A DNA stretch of 62,933 nucleotides, the filler included, from Asterionella formosa (taxonomy: Eukaryota): the NCBI GenBank assembly GCA_002256025.1. It is 2 parts of 2 records of this genome, joined end to end, with 100 filler letters (N's around TTAATTAATTAA, not from the genome) between each part and the next. Parts side by side here need not be neighbours in the genome. Positions count along the whole stretch, not along the records: positions 1 to 31,427 come from NKIB01000678.1; 1 more part is not named here. One strand, 5' to 3'. Below, one piece after another: positions 13,561-26,649 of this stretch (positions are counted from its first letter, which is position 1; each line of letters begins with the position of its first letter). The notes under the pieces are model-generated. The model was not told where the DNA came from and searched no databases. It was given only the letters and a program-made list of their open reading frames with translations. Both the position numbers and the translations under genes were made by a program.

Positions 13561-14083
13561 TCTGCATGGTTGTTCTCTGGTAGATCGACTCTTCCATGAC
13601 CTTTTTGCATGGTATACATGTCGCTTGCTTGCTTTCGAACTTCATCTTCAATTTTTGCTAGTTATTTATTAATTGGCTCCCGTGGTTGCTCAATTTTCCT
13701 CAGCCTGCCTGTATTCCGATCTTTCCTGTTTTTCTGCAGTTTCAATGCGCGCTTCGTGCACATCCCCTGTTTCCTTCGTCTATAATACTACATACAGTGC
13801 AAAAGATTCGTATCTACATATACATACCCTATGATACACATACCCCATATTTGTGTGATGTCATCACCTCACCATCACACGTTCACCACCACAGAATTGA
13901 AGTGCGAATGAGAAAGATGCAACTGCAAGTATAGCTAACGGTATGTACTGGAGTATTAGCTGTACTATTCCATAGAATGGTGATAGTCAACCAAAAACGT
14001 TCTCTGCAGGTGGGCTGCTGATCTAATTTTCTTTTTCTTCAAGACTCAACCAGTTCACTTTTCTCAAATCTTAATTTTGCACA

Positions 14084-14935
14084 ATGACATTTCTTTGTGA
14101 AACGCTTCTATTAGTGAGTCTGTGCTTTTCTCCTGCCGCCAGCTTTGGCAGCAGTATGCTCCCTCACTTGATGCCCTTCGTGAGCGAGCCGCACCTGATG
14201 ACAGCAGCCGTTGTGTCAAGTTCAACAGCCTCAGTGGTTGCTGCTACAGCGTCCGCTCATTCCGTGGCGGCGAATAGCCTTCTCGCCACGTACTCAGCCT
14301 CACTTGCAGCTCACCCTCTCGCCACAAAGATGATCACGGGAGGTGTCTTATCTGTCACGGGCGACGCCATTGCTCAGTCTCGTGAGCCGGACGAGTACGA
14401 CACACGACGCGCAGTTTCCTTCATGGTCTTTGACATGACCTACCGAGCTTTGCAACACAACATTTTCCCAATCATTGGCGAAGTTTGCCGGGGCCAATTC
14501 TTCCTGGCTGCCGCTGCCTCCATCAGCCCTGTCTTGGCAGCGTCAACCGACCCCTTCTATTTTGCTGCCATGGAGCGAACGTTGGCCAGTCAACTGGGCG
14601 TTGTGCCGTTTATGTATTATCCGGCGTTCTTTGCGTTGACGGGAGTTGTGCAGGGTCTGTCTGCAGAGGGAACTGTGGAACGGGCCAAGGAGAAGTTTAT
14701 CCCACTCATGAAGAGGAACCTTTTGTTTTGGATCCCCGTTCAGTTTGTGCAATTTGGCTTTGTTGAAGATGGCCTGCAAATACCTTTTCTCTCCCTCTGT
14801 GGATTAATGTGGACGGTTATCCTTTCTGCCATGGCGGGATCCACCTCGGCATACAATGAGAAGTATGTAGCACTACCGGTCATGGAAGAAGAAAGGAATG
14901 TGAACTTGGAAGGCGATGTGGTGATTGTTAGATGA
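14084..14935 (+). CDS. Mpv17/PMP22-family membrane protein with N-terminal signal peptide (probable plastid bipartite presequence)
   Basis: YSASLAAHPLATKMITGGVLSVTGDAIAQ, YDTRRAVSF, FWIPVQFVQFGFV and LMWTVILS match the Mpv17/PMP22 family pattern. Hydrophobic N-terminus ends in AAS-F. Intact, GC-richer ORF. Confidence 0.88.
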   Translation: MTFLCETLLLVSLCFSPAASFGSSMLPHLMPFVSEPHLMTAAVVSSSTASVVAATASAHSVAANSLLATYSASLAAHPLATKMITGGVLSVTGDAIAQSREPDEYDTRRAVSFMVFDMTYRALQHNIFPIIGEVCRGQFFLAAAASISPVLAASTDPFYFAAMERTLASQLGVVPFMYYPAFFALTGVVQGLSAEGTVERAKEKFIPLMKRNLLFWIPVQFVQFGFVEDGLQIPFLSLCGLMWTVILSAMAGSTSAYNEKYVALPVMEEERNVNLEGDVVIVR

Positions 14936-14999
14936 TGTATTATTTAATAAATATATAGCTATGGACTAAATTAATGTACAAGAACAATTGTATTTTCGG

Positions 15000-15347
15000 C
15001 AGAAGTGTCAACCATTTCAATTTTCTATTCGTATGGAGTGGTTGATTCTATTGTCTTTGTTAGTGTTTGACTTGTATCATTTACTCTTTGCCGATTGTAT
15101 ATTGTACAATAGTAGTGCAATGAAGGGGGGGACGAGGGAGATTGACAAGGTTGATGAACAAGGAGACGAGGGAGGAGGGGAGTCCAATAACTATCCTGAC
15201 AAGCTCAAAAGGAGATTGGAAGGTGTGTTTGTTAAAAGAGTGATTAGATCAAGTTGCTGATGTAGAAGAATGATAATTAGATAAGATAAATACTGTCAAT
15301 CAAACAGACATATATTGACATGTCATGTAAAGAGGTGATTCATAACA
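15000..15347 (-). repeat. Probable 3' LTR of the minus-strand Copia element (left boundary uncertain)
   Basis: On the minus strand a short purine tract TGAGGGA (15354-15348) is followed by TGTTATG, ~45 bp after the RNase H stop. Confidence 0.4.
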
Positions 15348-15391
15348 TCCCTCATAACAAAATGAGATAAAATGAGTAGAATCAATAATTG

Positions 15392-18300
15392 TCAAAGAAC
15401 TGACGTGGCAGGGCGTGTGAGCATGGCGACCGCATGATGACCTGCATCGATAAATTGATATCCCATCATAGTCATGCAATGTGCACAAAGACTAGAACAC
15501 GGGAGTGCCTTGGTAAAATGGTCGGCTAAATTGCAAGCAGACGAGACCTGGATAAAATGGACTCTACCATGACGGACATTTTCTTGCAAAGCCTGCTTTT
15601 TTGTAGCAATATGACGGACATTGCGCGTTAATTTACCTGCATGCGCAATGATTTGTGCAGCAAAATTGTCTTCTCCAATGGAGATAGCATCATGATAAGG
15701 AATTGACATATCTTCCATGTAAATGCGTAGCCACAAAACATGTTTAGATAAGGTGATTGCTGCATCAAGCTCTGCTTCAGTAGTATTGTATGCTGTTGTA
15801 CTTTGTTTGCGGCAAAATGTAATGACTGCAGTATCATTAATCATAATGACACCACCAGAATATGCTAACCGGTCAAATAAGGCACCTCCAAAGTTAGCAT
15901 CTGCATAGCCTTTGGTAGTAGGTGCTATTCCAAGAAGAAGTTTGTTGATATTAGAAAAATGCTTCTGTTCTTGAAGTGTGGATGATAATGAGGCGCTCCT
16001 TATCCATAGGTCCTACTGCTGTTTCTCCTTTCAAGGTTCTTGGGAGTCTTATCCATATGCTGGATTTTGGATTCTATGGTAAACAATCCTGCCGTGGATT
16101 TAAATGCTTTTTAGTGGTAACAGAAGCGATCTCTAATCATCGTTGGATATTCTGTCATCAATCACGCACTACCCCAGCAGTGAAACTCGTCCTTTGGATC
16201 ATCCAGCACTTGCAGATCCGTACTGGCAACCCTGTGCGCCATATCAGTATGGATGCGGAATTATTTGCTAACCACACGTTCAAAACCGAGTTATCTCTGC
16301 ACATCTTTGTGGAGCCCACTGGCGCATACTCATCCTCGCAAAACGGAAAAGCTGAGGTCTCCATTAAACTTATTGGACTGATGGCTCAATGTCTCTTATA
16401 TGGAGCACAAATGGATCCCTCACTATGGTATTTTGCTGTCACCTATGCCACTTTTCTTCTTAATGTTTGGCCTAGTGATGCCCATAATGGGCGGTCGCAC
16501 CCCTCATGAAGTGTTCCACAAACATGCACCTAATTTATCAATGGCCTTTATTTTTGGCTCTCCACTCCATGTCAAGAATCGACGCGCCAGTTGGCATCGT
16601 CCTGATTCTAATACACTTCTTGGGACTTTTGTTGGTTTACAAGGGACTGCGCACATCTACCAATATATTGGGGATTCCGGCCGGGTCCAATATGCTCATC
16701 AAGCTGTCGTTGATGAACTTTGTGTTCACAGACTTCCTAGTGATTGGTCTCCAGCAGCAAAAGCTCTCCTGAATCACTCAGCTGTTGATGTTTCCATTGC
16801 AACACACACGGCCGCTTTGAAAACAGCAATCTCTGATCTAATCCCTAGTTGTTTACCATGGCTAAATCACGACATGTCCGTTACAGAAATTTCTGACCTC
16901 TTACCAGATGAGGCACATGGCTTACTTCTTCATTACCATGCCGACCTATCACGATATGAGATAATTGGGATCGAACCCAATAGTGCATTTGGGCGTTGTA
17001 TGACAAAGGGCCTTTTACAAATATTAAAGGGTAGAGTGCTGTTACAGATTAACGGTAATGACGTACACACTATCAATGATGCTGAAGAGATACTTGATGG
17101 ATGTGTACTTGCTACACATGGGCGACTTTCATTAAGTGATGATCCTCATGATCCACAATTCGTTCCTGGTATGCTCACCAACCTCACCCTACTGTTGGTG
17201 AAGAAATCACACATGAACCATGACTGGAAAGATACTTTCTCCTTTGGTGCAGGAGATATCAGTATGCTTTGCACAGGCTTTACTGTCTCTTCCATCACTT
17301 CTCATCCCAAAACACTCTGTCCATCATCGTTTCATGAAGCGATGAAAGGACCTTTCTGAGAAGAATGGAACGCGGCGCTCTTTCATCATCTAGATAAGTT
17401 TCATAGCATTGAGACATTTGGCGCTCCAGGCCTTCCACCCCATGATGCAACTCTGCTTCCGGCTGTCTTGGTTCTCAAACATGTGGTGAATTCAGCCAAA
17501 CAGATAAATGATCGCAAAGTCCGGCTATGTGTGAATGGCAGCTATCAAATTAAAGGCGTGGATTATACTGAATCTTTTGCTCCCACCACACTTGCCATGT
17601 TGATCAAAGTTTTTTTGGCTATTGGTACATACATGCATTACGATTTCTATCATCTCGATATTAGCAATGCCTTTCAAAATACTCCAGCTCCACCTAATGC
17701 AGCAGGGAACCGTATCTGGCTCAAAGTTTTTCCTGAATATATGCTCTGGTATCAAACCAGATTCCCAGTTCAATATGAAACTATTAAACACACATTCCCA
17801 CTGGCAAAACAATCTTGGAAAAGCTTGGGTGTGGAAATGTTTGCTCATGTCCAAGGGCGCAAAGATGCTTCTCGAGAATGGGGAGAACATGTTGAGAAAG
17901 TGCTCTGTGGACAACTGGGCCTAATGAAAAATCGCGCAGATCAATTCATCTACCAAGGTACAATCAATCAATAACATGTCATCTTAGCCAGAGCCACTGA
18001 TGATAATTTGGTAGGAACTTTGTCACTGGATACATACAAACGTATTGTTACTACTCTTGAATCTCACTGGAAGATACACAATATGCTGGGACAAGTCTCT
18101 CATTTTTTGGTCTCAGATTCCTGTTTAGTTCCAATTGTATGACAATTAACCAAACTCATATGATTCATGAAATACTTCAATATGTTTATTGTTCATCCTG
18201 GGATAAACAAATTATCTTGCAAACCAACATGATTCCTATGCTCAGTGGTGTAAAACATGAAGAAGCGCTTGCTAGTTGTATACCATACTCTCCAAGTGAA

Positions 18301-20520
18301 CTTCATAAAGCGATTCAACTTTATGGTTTTGAATACAGGACGTTATTGGGGCAATTTCAACATCTATGCCAATGGACCAGGCTTGATATACAAAGAGCAA
18401 TACAAAGGCTGGCTCAATATCAAAATGCTCCTGGATCATTACATTTTGATGCGTAACTACAAATTGCTAAATACCTGCGTCAATATCCGGATATTCCACT
18501 TGCTTTCAACAGAAATGTATCTAGGGGTTCCACGGTTTCGGTTTCACATATCAGTCAAGCTGCTCCGTGGTTGGGTGAACCTACAGTCATCAGCGTTGAA
18601 GCTCACCAATTTGACAAAGATCAAACTTTCTGGCATATGCCCCGTATTATGACTAGTCTGATCTCCACTTCATCAGTATTGGTAGTTTTTCTTTGAGACA
18701 GATTGGACAGGAGAATGTGTCCGGTATAGGGACATTCTTCAAAGGGAGACCCATAACGCTTGTTCCATTAAGTAATATTTCCATAGCACGCCGGCCTGGA
18801 CAGCCCCATTGAAGATGAATGAGATGATAGAGTCCGGATGGTTTCATGGTTTTGATAAGGTCAGCAATAGCAGAGGTGGTAATCCCTAAAGATGGTTTAT
18901 GTAAATGGACAATGATGTAGTTTGCATCATCAAAGGTCAACAACTTGAAAGAATATTCTTTCCCGTTGGGAAGTCTTAACCATAATAGGTTACCTGTGCG
19001 ACGAAGTCGATGATCAGCCTCATAGCCTAGCTAGGCCTTTGAGAGCAGGAATGATGAGGGAGCGCCGCCGATAGTGTGGTGGCATTTCCACTGTGTTGGT
19101 AAGTGATACCTCCATATCAACAGTTCTATCTGAGGAAATGAAACTTGGAAATTTTTTTCCCATATATTCAACTTTATCAGCATCACCAAGTTTAGCAGTC
19201 TGGCATAGTACAGTGGAGCTCACAACATTGTGTAATTCATTGCTCATGCATGTCAAATTCCCATTTGCTCTAGTGTCCACAAGCATCAAAGTTTCACCTT
19301 CGTGGAGGTTTACAGCAAATTCCAGACCAGTGGTGGCTGAGAAAGTGGAGGAATGCGGTAGAGAGGAAGAGACATGTTTGAGAACTTCATTGGGATCAGA
19401 ATTTGTCAGAGATAAGTCATCAACAACCTCGTGTGAATTACGAATATGATCAACGAAAGCGACCATGCTAGTGTGATAAACTGGGGAAGACGTGATAGCC
19501 TGATCATTATCAATATCACGAGGCCCAGGGGATCGAGGATTGGTGACGACATCCCAGCTGTATTGATGAGAAAATGGTGCAATGTTATACATGTTGTCTT
19601 TGGATGTTATGCGCATATCATCAATGACAGACTGGCTGAAGGTGTGCAGGCTCTGCATCTTTTTCCTCAGGCATGGTGGAAATAGCCTAAACTGTAATGA
19701 GTTGAGTATTTGCCGGAGGGTTCTTGCCTCATGGGCCAGAGCGACCAAGAGACCCGGAGGAGGTCGAGCAGAGGTTGCAACAAACAGAGGGAGCCGAGCA
19801 ATTTTAGCAGAATGTGCTTTGACAAGCAGTTCTTTCCGGTTGTCTGAGAGTCCTTTGAGATGCCAACAATCGGTAGTTTTATGTTTACTACCAAAACAAA
19901 TGCAACAACAGAGAGGGTCATGTTTGACACCACACCAAGGAAAGAGACATATTTGGTGAGGGTTAGGAACTCTCGCGCAATTAATGGCAGAAATCATAAG
20001 CGCATGAATGGGATTGTGGTCATGAGTAGTGGTATCAGGGTGGCCTTGAAGAGCACATTCCAATGTGTGTGCAATGTCAATAGTAGAGACTGAAACCACG
20101 TCAGCATTAACAGGTAGAGTGATCCCATGTGTGGAACAATGGGTGCGAGGAGTAGGTAAATGTTGGAGGAGTGATTTGAGTTTGTTGTATAGACTTTCCA
20201 CTTGTAATCTCTTGGGAATATTGTTTGCCAGAAGGTGCTCTGAATACAGTCGGAGATCATTTGTTTTGATAACCCGGAGTGCAAATAATTCTTCCTGAAG
20301 ATAGTGAGCATTGACTCCTAAACCATTTAAATAATACAAGGGAATGTCCACTTTACGAAAAGTTGAATGTTCAGGATAGAGATGCAAGAGAGCAAGCCAT
20401 CGGGTATATTGCGTATTGTAACAAGTGAGACCATCCATTGTGGTCTGATTCCCAGTAAGAGTGTATTGTGGTGCCTTTGCTGTATGATCAGGGAATACAA
20501 AGCAATCAAAGCAATGCGTC
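15392..20520 (-). mobile_element. Ty1/Copia retrotransposon relic with internal inversion 15997-18679
   Basis: Minus strand: gag with CCICFGSKHKTTDC knuckle, protease-like LVDTRA, pre-integrase HLQWGCP...CPIC (18943-18680), RNase H YADANFGG...TTEAE...ADHFTKAL (15996-15392). Plus strand: integrase core (SSSQNGKAE) and RT (KVRLCVNG..QIKGVDYTESFAP, HLDISNAF). Confidence 0.92.
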
Positions 20521-23500
20521 TGGATGGACATTTGACTGGAATGTGTGAAACCAATGTTAATTGGCGAAATTTTTCATTCCGGGATAAATGGGAAAAGAAG
20601 ATGTCAAGGGGATGATATACAGAACTTCGTTTCAGCCATGCATTGTGTAATGAAGGAAAAGAAATGGTTCTTCAGTGTGGCGGGGTCAGCATGTTTTGTA
20701 CGGCACGCTTTCACTCCAGACTATTGGACTGTGGCTCCGACCAGGAACTGGGTAGGTGGTCATGGATGCGTTTTAAAGGGACAAGGGAGTTCAACTTTGT
20801 AATCATCACAGCATATCAAGTTAGTCAGAAAAGACATTCCGGGCTTGGTATGGAGACAACATATATGCAACAATGGAGAAAACGAAAAATTTCCACAATG
20901 ATAGTTGTAATCCCCGACAGCAATTTGGGAAAGCTCTTAGACAACAGATCCAATTTCTAGAAGCAAATGGAGATGAATTGATTCTGATGTTGGATGCAAA
21001 TGCAGATTTTGATGATGAGGAATTTTTTAACATGGTGTCTTTAACACAGATGGTGGATCTGCATGAAGGCTTACACACAAATAAAATGCCATCAACATAC
21101 AATAGAGGAAATCGAAAACTGGATTATATTTTGGGAACAGGAAAAATCTCAGCAGCTGTTACCAAAGGTGACATGACTACCTATGCCGATGGTTTAAAAT
21201 TTTCAGATCATCGCGCTTTGTTCATAGATCTTAAAGAAACGAAAGTTTTTAACGATAAAGGTAAAGACATTACAGCAAGGAAACATCGCGGACTCAGCAC
21301 AAAGAACAAGGATCAAGTAAAAGTATACTTGAAGTTGGTGAAGAAACAATTAACAGCCCATAATATTTTTGAACGTTGTCGGAAGCTAAAAGAATCGGCA
21401 CCCCATATGCAAGTCCAAGCGTTAAAACGGGAGTTGGACAGCATTTACACACAAGTTACAATTGCGGTATTACATGCAGAAAGGATGACATCCCGAGTAA
21501 ACTTTGGGCGTGGGTGGTCCCCACAGTTAGCAAAAGCAGGCAAAGAGGTAACATTTTGGAAAAACTGCTTAAGATGCCACAAGAAAGGGCGGGGTGATCC
21601 AGTTATGCAATTACCAAAGCCCAAACTCAAGGAATGTGGTCTCACAACATCAAGGTTGGAACAGGAATTCTTCAGGAATAAACTAGATGATGCATGGCTG
21701 AGGTAAAATATGGTACAAGACAATTCCAAAATACTTCGGAAACAATATTTGGAAAAACGATTAGAAGAACGAATTTTCAAAGTTGATAAACCCAACATTA
21801 AAAAACTCAAGGCAATACTCTCAGCCGATTATACAACCAAACTATGGCCAAAATTAAGAAGATACGCAAAGGGTGAAATTCGAACAAGCCTTCTTAATCG
21901 GTTAGAAAAACCTATATATGATGAGACAGGGGAGATCTTAGAGTTTCAAACCATCATGGATTCAGAGGAGACTTTCAGTCACTTAATTCAGAGAAACCTC
22001 ATACATTTTGCTCAAGCAAGTCAAGCCCCCTTTGTTGAAGGGCAGTGTGGACAATTTTTTTCTCCTTTCCAATTTAATGACTTTTCCAAGTCCATTCTTA
22101 ATGGGACAGTGGATCTCACACATTTGGACTTGAACCAGGCTATTAAGGCATGCATCAGAGAAATGGCAAACCCCCGCCCTAATGAGATGGGAACATCACC
22201 AGTCTTAGTGAATATTACAATTGAAGATTATAAATCCGGGGTTTAAGGCAGTATCAGAGAATACATCATCATCGCCTAGTGGACGTCACTTGGGACACTA
22301 CCGAGCGGCATTACAATCGGACTCTATATGATTTGTTCATTCAATTCTGATGTCCCTTCCCTTTGAATACGGTTTTACACTGGACCGGTGGACAAATGCG
22401 ACACAAGTGATGTTGGAAAAATAGTGGGGACACCACGTTTGGACAAATTGCGACTGATACAACTGTTAGAGGCAGACTTGAATATGGTAGTACGAATAGT
22501 TTTTGGAGGGAGGCTAATTCATAGAGCTGAGGACCGGAAGACTATTTCCTCTCTTCAATGGGGATCCAGGCCAAATAGGTCATCAATAGATGCAATTCTC
22601 ATGAAGGGGCTAACCTACAATGGGATAAGAATTCTCATAAAAGTTGCCATAATATTTAACAATGATGGAAAGGCAGCATTCGATCGAATGGTACCATCTG
22701 TTGGAGCAATTGCACTCTGCAGGCTAGGGGCAAGCAAAAACTCAGTTCAAGCTTTATTACAAATTTTGGAAAAGATGAAATATTGAGTTCAAACAGCACT
22801 TGGACTATCTGATGATTCTCAATCTAACCTTCAATTGGGAGGGACTTGGGAACCTTGCAGGGATCTGGGGCTTCCCCTTGTCTGTGGTTGGCTATAACTT
22901 GCGTTTTACTAGGGGCTATCTCCAAACGGTCATCAGGAATGATACTCAAAAACCCACGGAAAAATCTGTGTCAACACCGAGCAGCGGAAACCTATGTAGA
23001 CGACAAAGAATTGATCTTATCCCTGGATCACAATCACTTGAACATGATCACAAAGGAAATGCAAAGCATAGCTCAATATTGGGAGCAATTATTATACACA
23101 ACAGGGAGAGCTTTAGCTTTGGAGAAGTGTTTTTTCGTGGCCATGGTGTGGGAATTCCAAAACAATGAATACAAATTAAAGAGTAAATTGGAGATAAATG
23201 TCGAAATACAGTTAACATCAGGAGGTGACTACCAACAAATCACCACAATACCGCAGAAAGATGCACAGGAGGGACCAAGAAACTTAGGGGCAATGCTGTC
23301 CCCAGAAGGTAATCCCAGAGGGTAATAATAATGACGAACTTCGGACACTTATTCAGCAAGGCAAAACCATGAGTATGAACATATCAGCCTCCAAACTACT
23401 TTGATAGCATATCAAACTATGCTGCAACCAGCTATGAAATATCCGCCATGTGCATCGACATTCACCATGAAACAATGTTACCAAATAGATCAATCTTACC

Positions 23501-24620
23501 TCCCTACTTTGCTTACCCATATGGGCTTTAATAAAATTACCAAACGCCTACTGTTCTTCGGACCGCCCATTCTGGGGGCTTTTGGGTGTAGAGACACTTT
23601 CACTGATCAAGGAATTGCACAGCTTCAGTTATTATTGGGACACTTACGTCACAACGATGATATCGCCGAAATCATATATATTTTATTGGAACAGCTTCAA
23701 TTGACAATGGTAGTCTGGGAAACCGTTTCAGTAGTCAATTGCACCAGTGATGAGGTATATAGAACCATGCTGGCTCACATGTGTTTGGACATTTGTTGAC
23801 CATTTTCAAGCGAAAATACATACAGAAGAGTCCTGGGAGTTACAACCACAACGGACTAATGATCAGTGCTTAACGGACATTTTCCAACACCAACAATATA
23901 AATTGAAACCAAAAGAGCTCAAACGTCTTAATGCCTGTTGATTATATCTTCAGGTTACCACCATTGCGGACATTACTGATGGATCAGGCGCTTTGATCAT
24001 TACAGATTACTTAAAGGGACAGCGGTGTCCTGAAAGGAAAAGCTTATGGGAATGGCCTACACAGGAGCGACTGTCCCAGGTAGCCTGTAGATTGTGGAAA
24101 TGGTGCATAGGACAGTGTTTATGCGTATCCCCAAAGAATTTTCGCTTGCAAACAAAGCTGGGACCCTGGCTTACCAGGAGCCTATGCACCAGCAGTCATG
24201 GACTTATCAACTTGACAGAACAAACATGCGTTTAATTAAACAGACCCAGGAAGGCTTATACTTGGCCCATCTGAAGGGTCACTCAGCACGAAATTCCACA
24301 AGAAATTACAGTATTTTGTTTACAAATCCAGCTGGGTTAATTCCAGTTTCAATTCACAAAACAACAGCCGCTTTTTATGAGATAACAGGATTTCTGCCGG
24401 CCTCCAAGCATCAACGCCACCAGGACATCTGAGGAAATTTAGATCTCTCACAGCACCTTGAGGGAATTAATAAACTCATGGCAAAGAAGGAATTTCTAAG
24501 AAAATCAATGGGTGACACCACATTTCCTTCTGATCTCACCACTTTAAAACGGAACTTTATCGACGGAAAAGTAGTTTTGGCATCTGATGGATCTGTTACG
24601 AAGTCCCCACCTTCAGCAAC
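20520..24620 (+). pseudogene. Non-LTR retrotransposon ORF2 relic: AP endonuclease, RT, start of RNase H
   Basis: GMCETNVNW, LGRWSW, ITAYQV, LMLDAN, LDYILG, SDHRALFID (APE); SSSPSGRHLGHY, KLRLIQLLEADLN, QWGSRPNRSS, NDGKAAFDR, LQGSGASP, YVDD (RT); VVLASDGSV (RNase H). Many stops and frameshifts. Confidence 0.93.
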
Positions 24621-25221
24621 ACATGTGTTGACTAAGATGATGATAGAAGTGGATGATAAAATCAGAATACGATATGAATTCGACCAAGGGCAGCCATGTG
24701 CGGGAGGGGGACAAATCCTTATTTCTTCTTCCTGTTGAAGTACGAATCAAGCGTCACAGCATACATCATAAATGTCGGTGGGTGGAATCAGTGGACTTAG
24801 CCTACAATGCCTGGTACCGCACCAAGGTTGCAGGTAACAATGATGAAGCTCGGCTTCGCCTTGCTCCATTATGGACAAAACATGAAGGCAGGCGTCCAAG
24901 GGTACTACGGAAGAAATCAACATGATCTTTTTTGGAGTGTCTTGCAAGAGGCTTAATTAAATCAGCCACTGACTTGTAGGTATAAGAATTGACACAAAAT
25001 AAATTGAAAAACTTCATCAGGTCGTGGAAAACTATGAACTCATCATGCATTGTATATATTTGATTTATGTATAATCAAAATTGATGATAGTAGTAATATA
25101 CACATGATGTGCCTTATAATGAGCGTGTTTGAACTATGAAAACAATATTCAGCGATATATACATTTAAACTTACAAATCTTTATTTATATGTATACATGG
25201 CTGAAACATTTGAAATCATGT

Positions 25222-25498
25222 TTTCATGTTCCTTGTCCTCATGCATACACTTTGCTCCTGAAATGAAGGATCATCACACAGCATGATGATGCAGAAAACG
25301 AAAGTGATAATACAACACAATGATACTTGCGGCTTAGAAGAAGGAGTGACTCAATTGATGGTAAGTCAAGAACAAATGCCTTTCATGTTCCTTGTCATGC
25401 ATACACTTCCTGAAATGAAGGATCTCAAGCAACACATGATGCGAAAAACTGAAGTGACAAAACAACACGATGATACATCATGCGGCTAAGAAGGAGTA
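25222..25498. repeat. Two-copy direct repeat (~160-bp period)
   Basis: TTCATGTTCCTTGTC..ATGCATACACTT..CCTGAAATGAAGGATC...TGCGGCT..AAGAAGGAGT occurs twice. Confidence 0.75.
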
Positions 25499-25869
25499 AA
25501 TATGATGGATAAGGGCGGAATCAGCAAGCTGTGCTCCTTTTCGATTTGGTGGCTGGCCAACCATCAATGTGGACAAAAGAAATCGGCAAGTGCTATCATC
25601 TTTGGATCAATCCACAACTGTTCGAAAAACTGACACATGTGTGTTGCTCCTTTCAGGATAATGGTAAACAAACATTATTTGTAAGTTACAACCAGCAGCG
25701 TTTGAGCCTATTTATTGATCCTTGATACTTGCTTATTCAATGTTCAACTGAATCGCACATTGTTTTACAGAATTATGCATCAGTTTCTTCCTCAGTTTGT
25801 GGTAAGCGAAGATAGAAGCGAAATGCATGCTGTTGTGTAAGCAAAACATGAACAGCTAACAATGAGTTG

Positions 25870-26005
25870 CTTCTCTTTGTTAGTATGATTGGGATAACGA
25901 AATGGATTAAATGAAAATGGGAAAATGAGTGAATGCACTTCTCTTTGTTAGTATGATTGGGATAACGAAATGGATTAAATGAAAATGGGAAAATGCGTGA
26001 ATGCA
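25870..26005. repeat. ~67-bp tandem duplication
   Basis: CTTCTCTTTGTTAGTATGATTGGGATAACGAAATGGATTAAATGAAAATGGGAAAATG occurs twice. Confidence 0.85.
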
Positions 26006-26649
26006 AACTCAGATCCATCAGGAATAAATGGAAAGCAGGGGAACAACGGCAAGAAGGCAACCAGTACTACTACAACAACCTTCAGAATTGGATTGGGGGG
26101 AAGGTGGAAGTGAAAGCGGCAATAATCATTGCGATGAGAGCATTGTAAAACATTCTGTAGCCAGCCACTCAAGGTATAGAAAGCAACATAAAACCATTCT
26201 TAAATATAGTTCTAAATTTCGATCCATTTCATCCTATTTTAGTAGACAGTGATATCGATGAGAATTACGATCATGCTAAGATAGATAAATGTATGACAAA
26301 GTATACACATCATAGGACCATGTTTAACTAATTATATGATGCAATGGTATTATTACTATGATAGTATCATCATACTTCAAGCTCAGCGTGAGGACCATGG
26401 TGGGGGAAAGGCTTGTTTCCCTCATGAAAGCATCAACTAGGTCATACTTGCTTAAGAAGACAGGCCCATGAAGGGGGTTGGCTGTGGCCACCTTGTGTAA
26501 AATGCGGGGAGGGCTTTTCGAAAATGCATAGACTCAGGGGGTGCCAGCCACTGTGTGCACCGGTATAGGTGTAGTCAACTATGGGGCATGGGCAGCAGTC
26601 CAGTTGGGGGAGATACAGAGTGTGGGTTCATGACAGATGGCAGTATAGT

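Noticed and set aside
24626..25144. Possible solo LTR (TGTTG...AACA) truncating the LINE
   Set aside because: No matching TSD, PBS, PPT or second copy found.
26380..26625. GC-rich block as a structured RNA or ribozyme
   Set aside because: No recognisable catalytic-core or Pol III motifs by eye.
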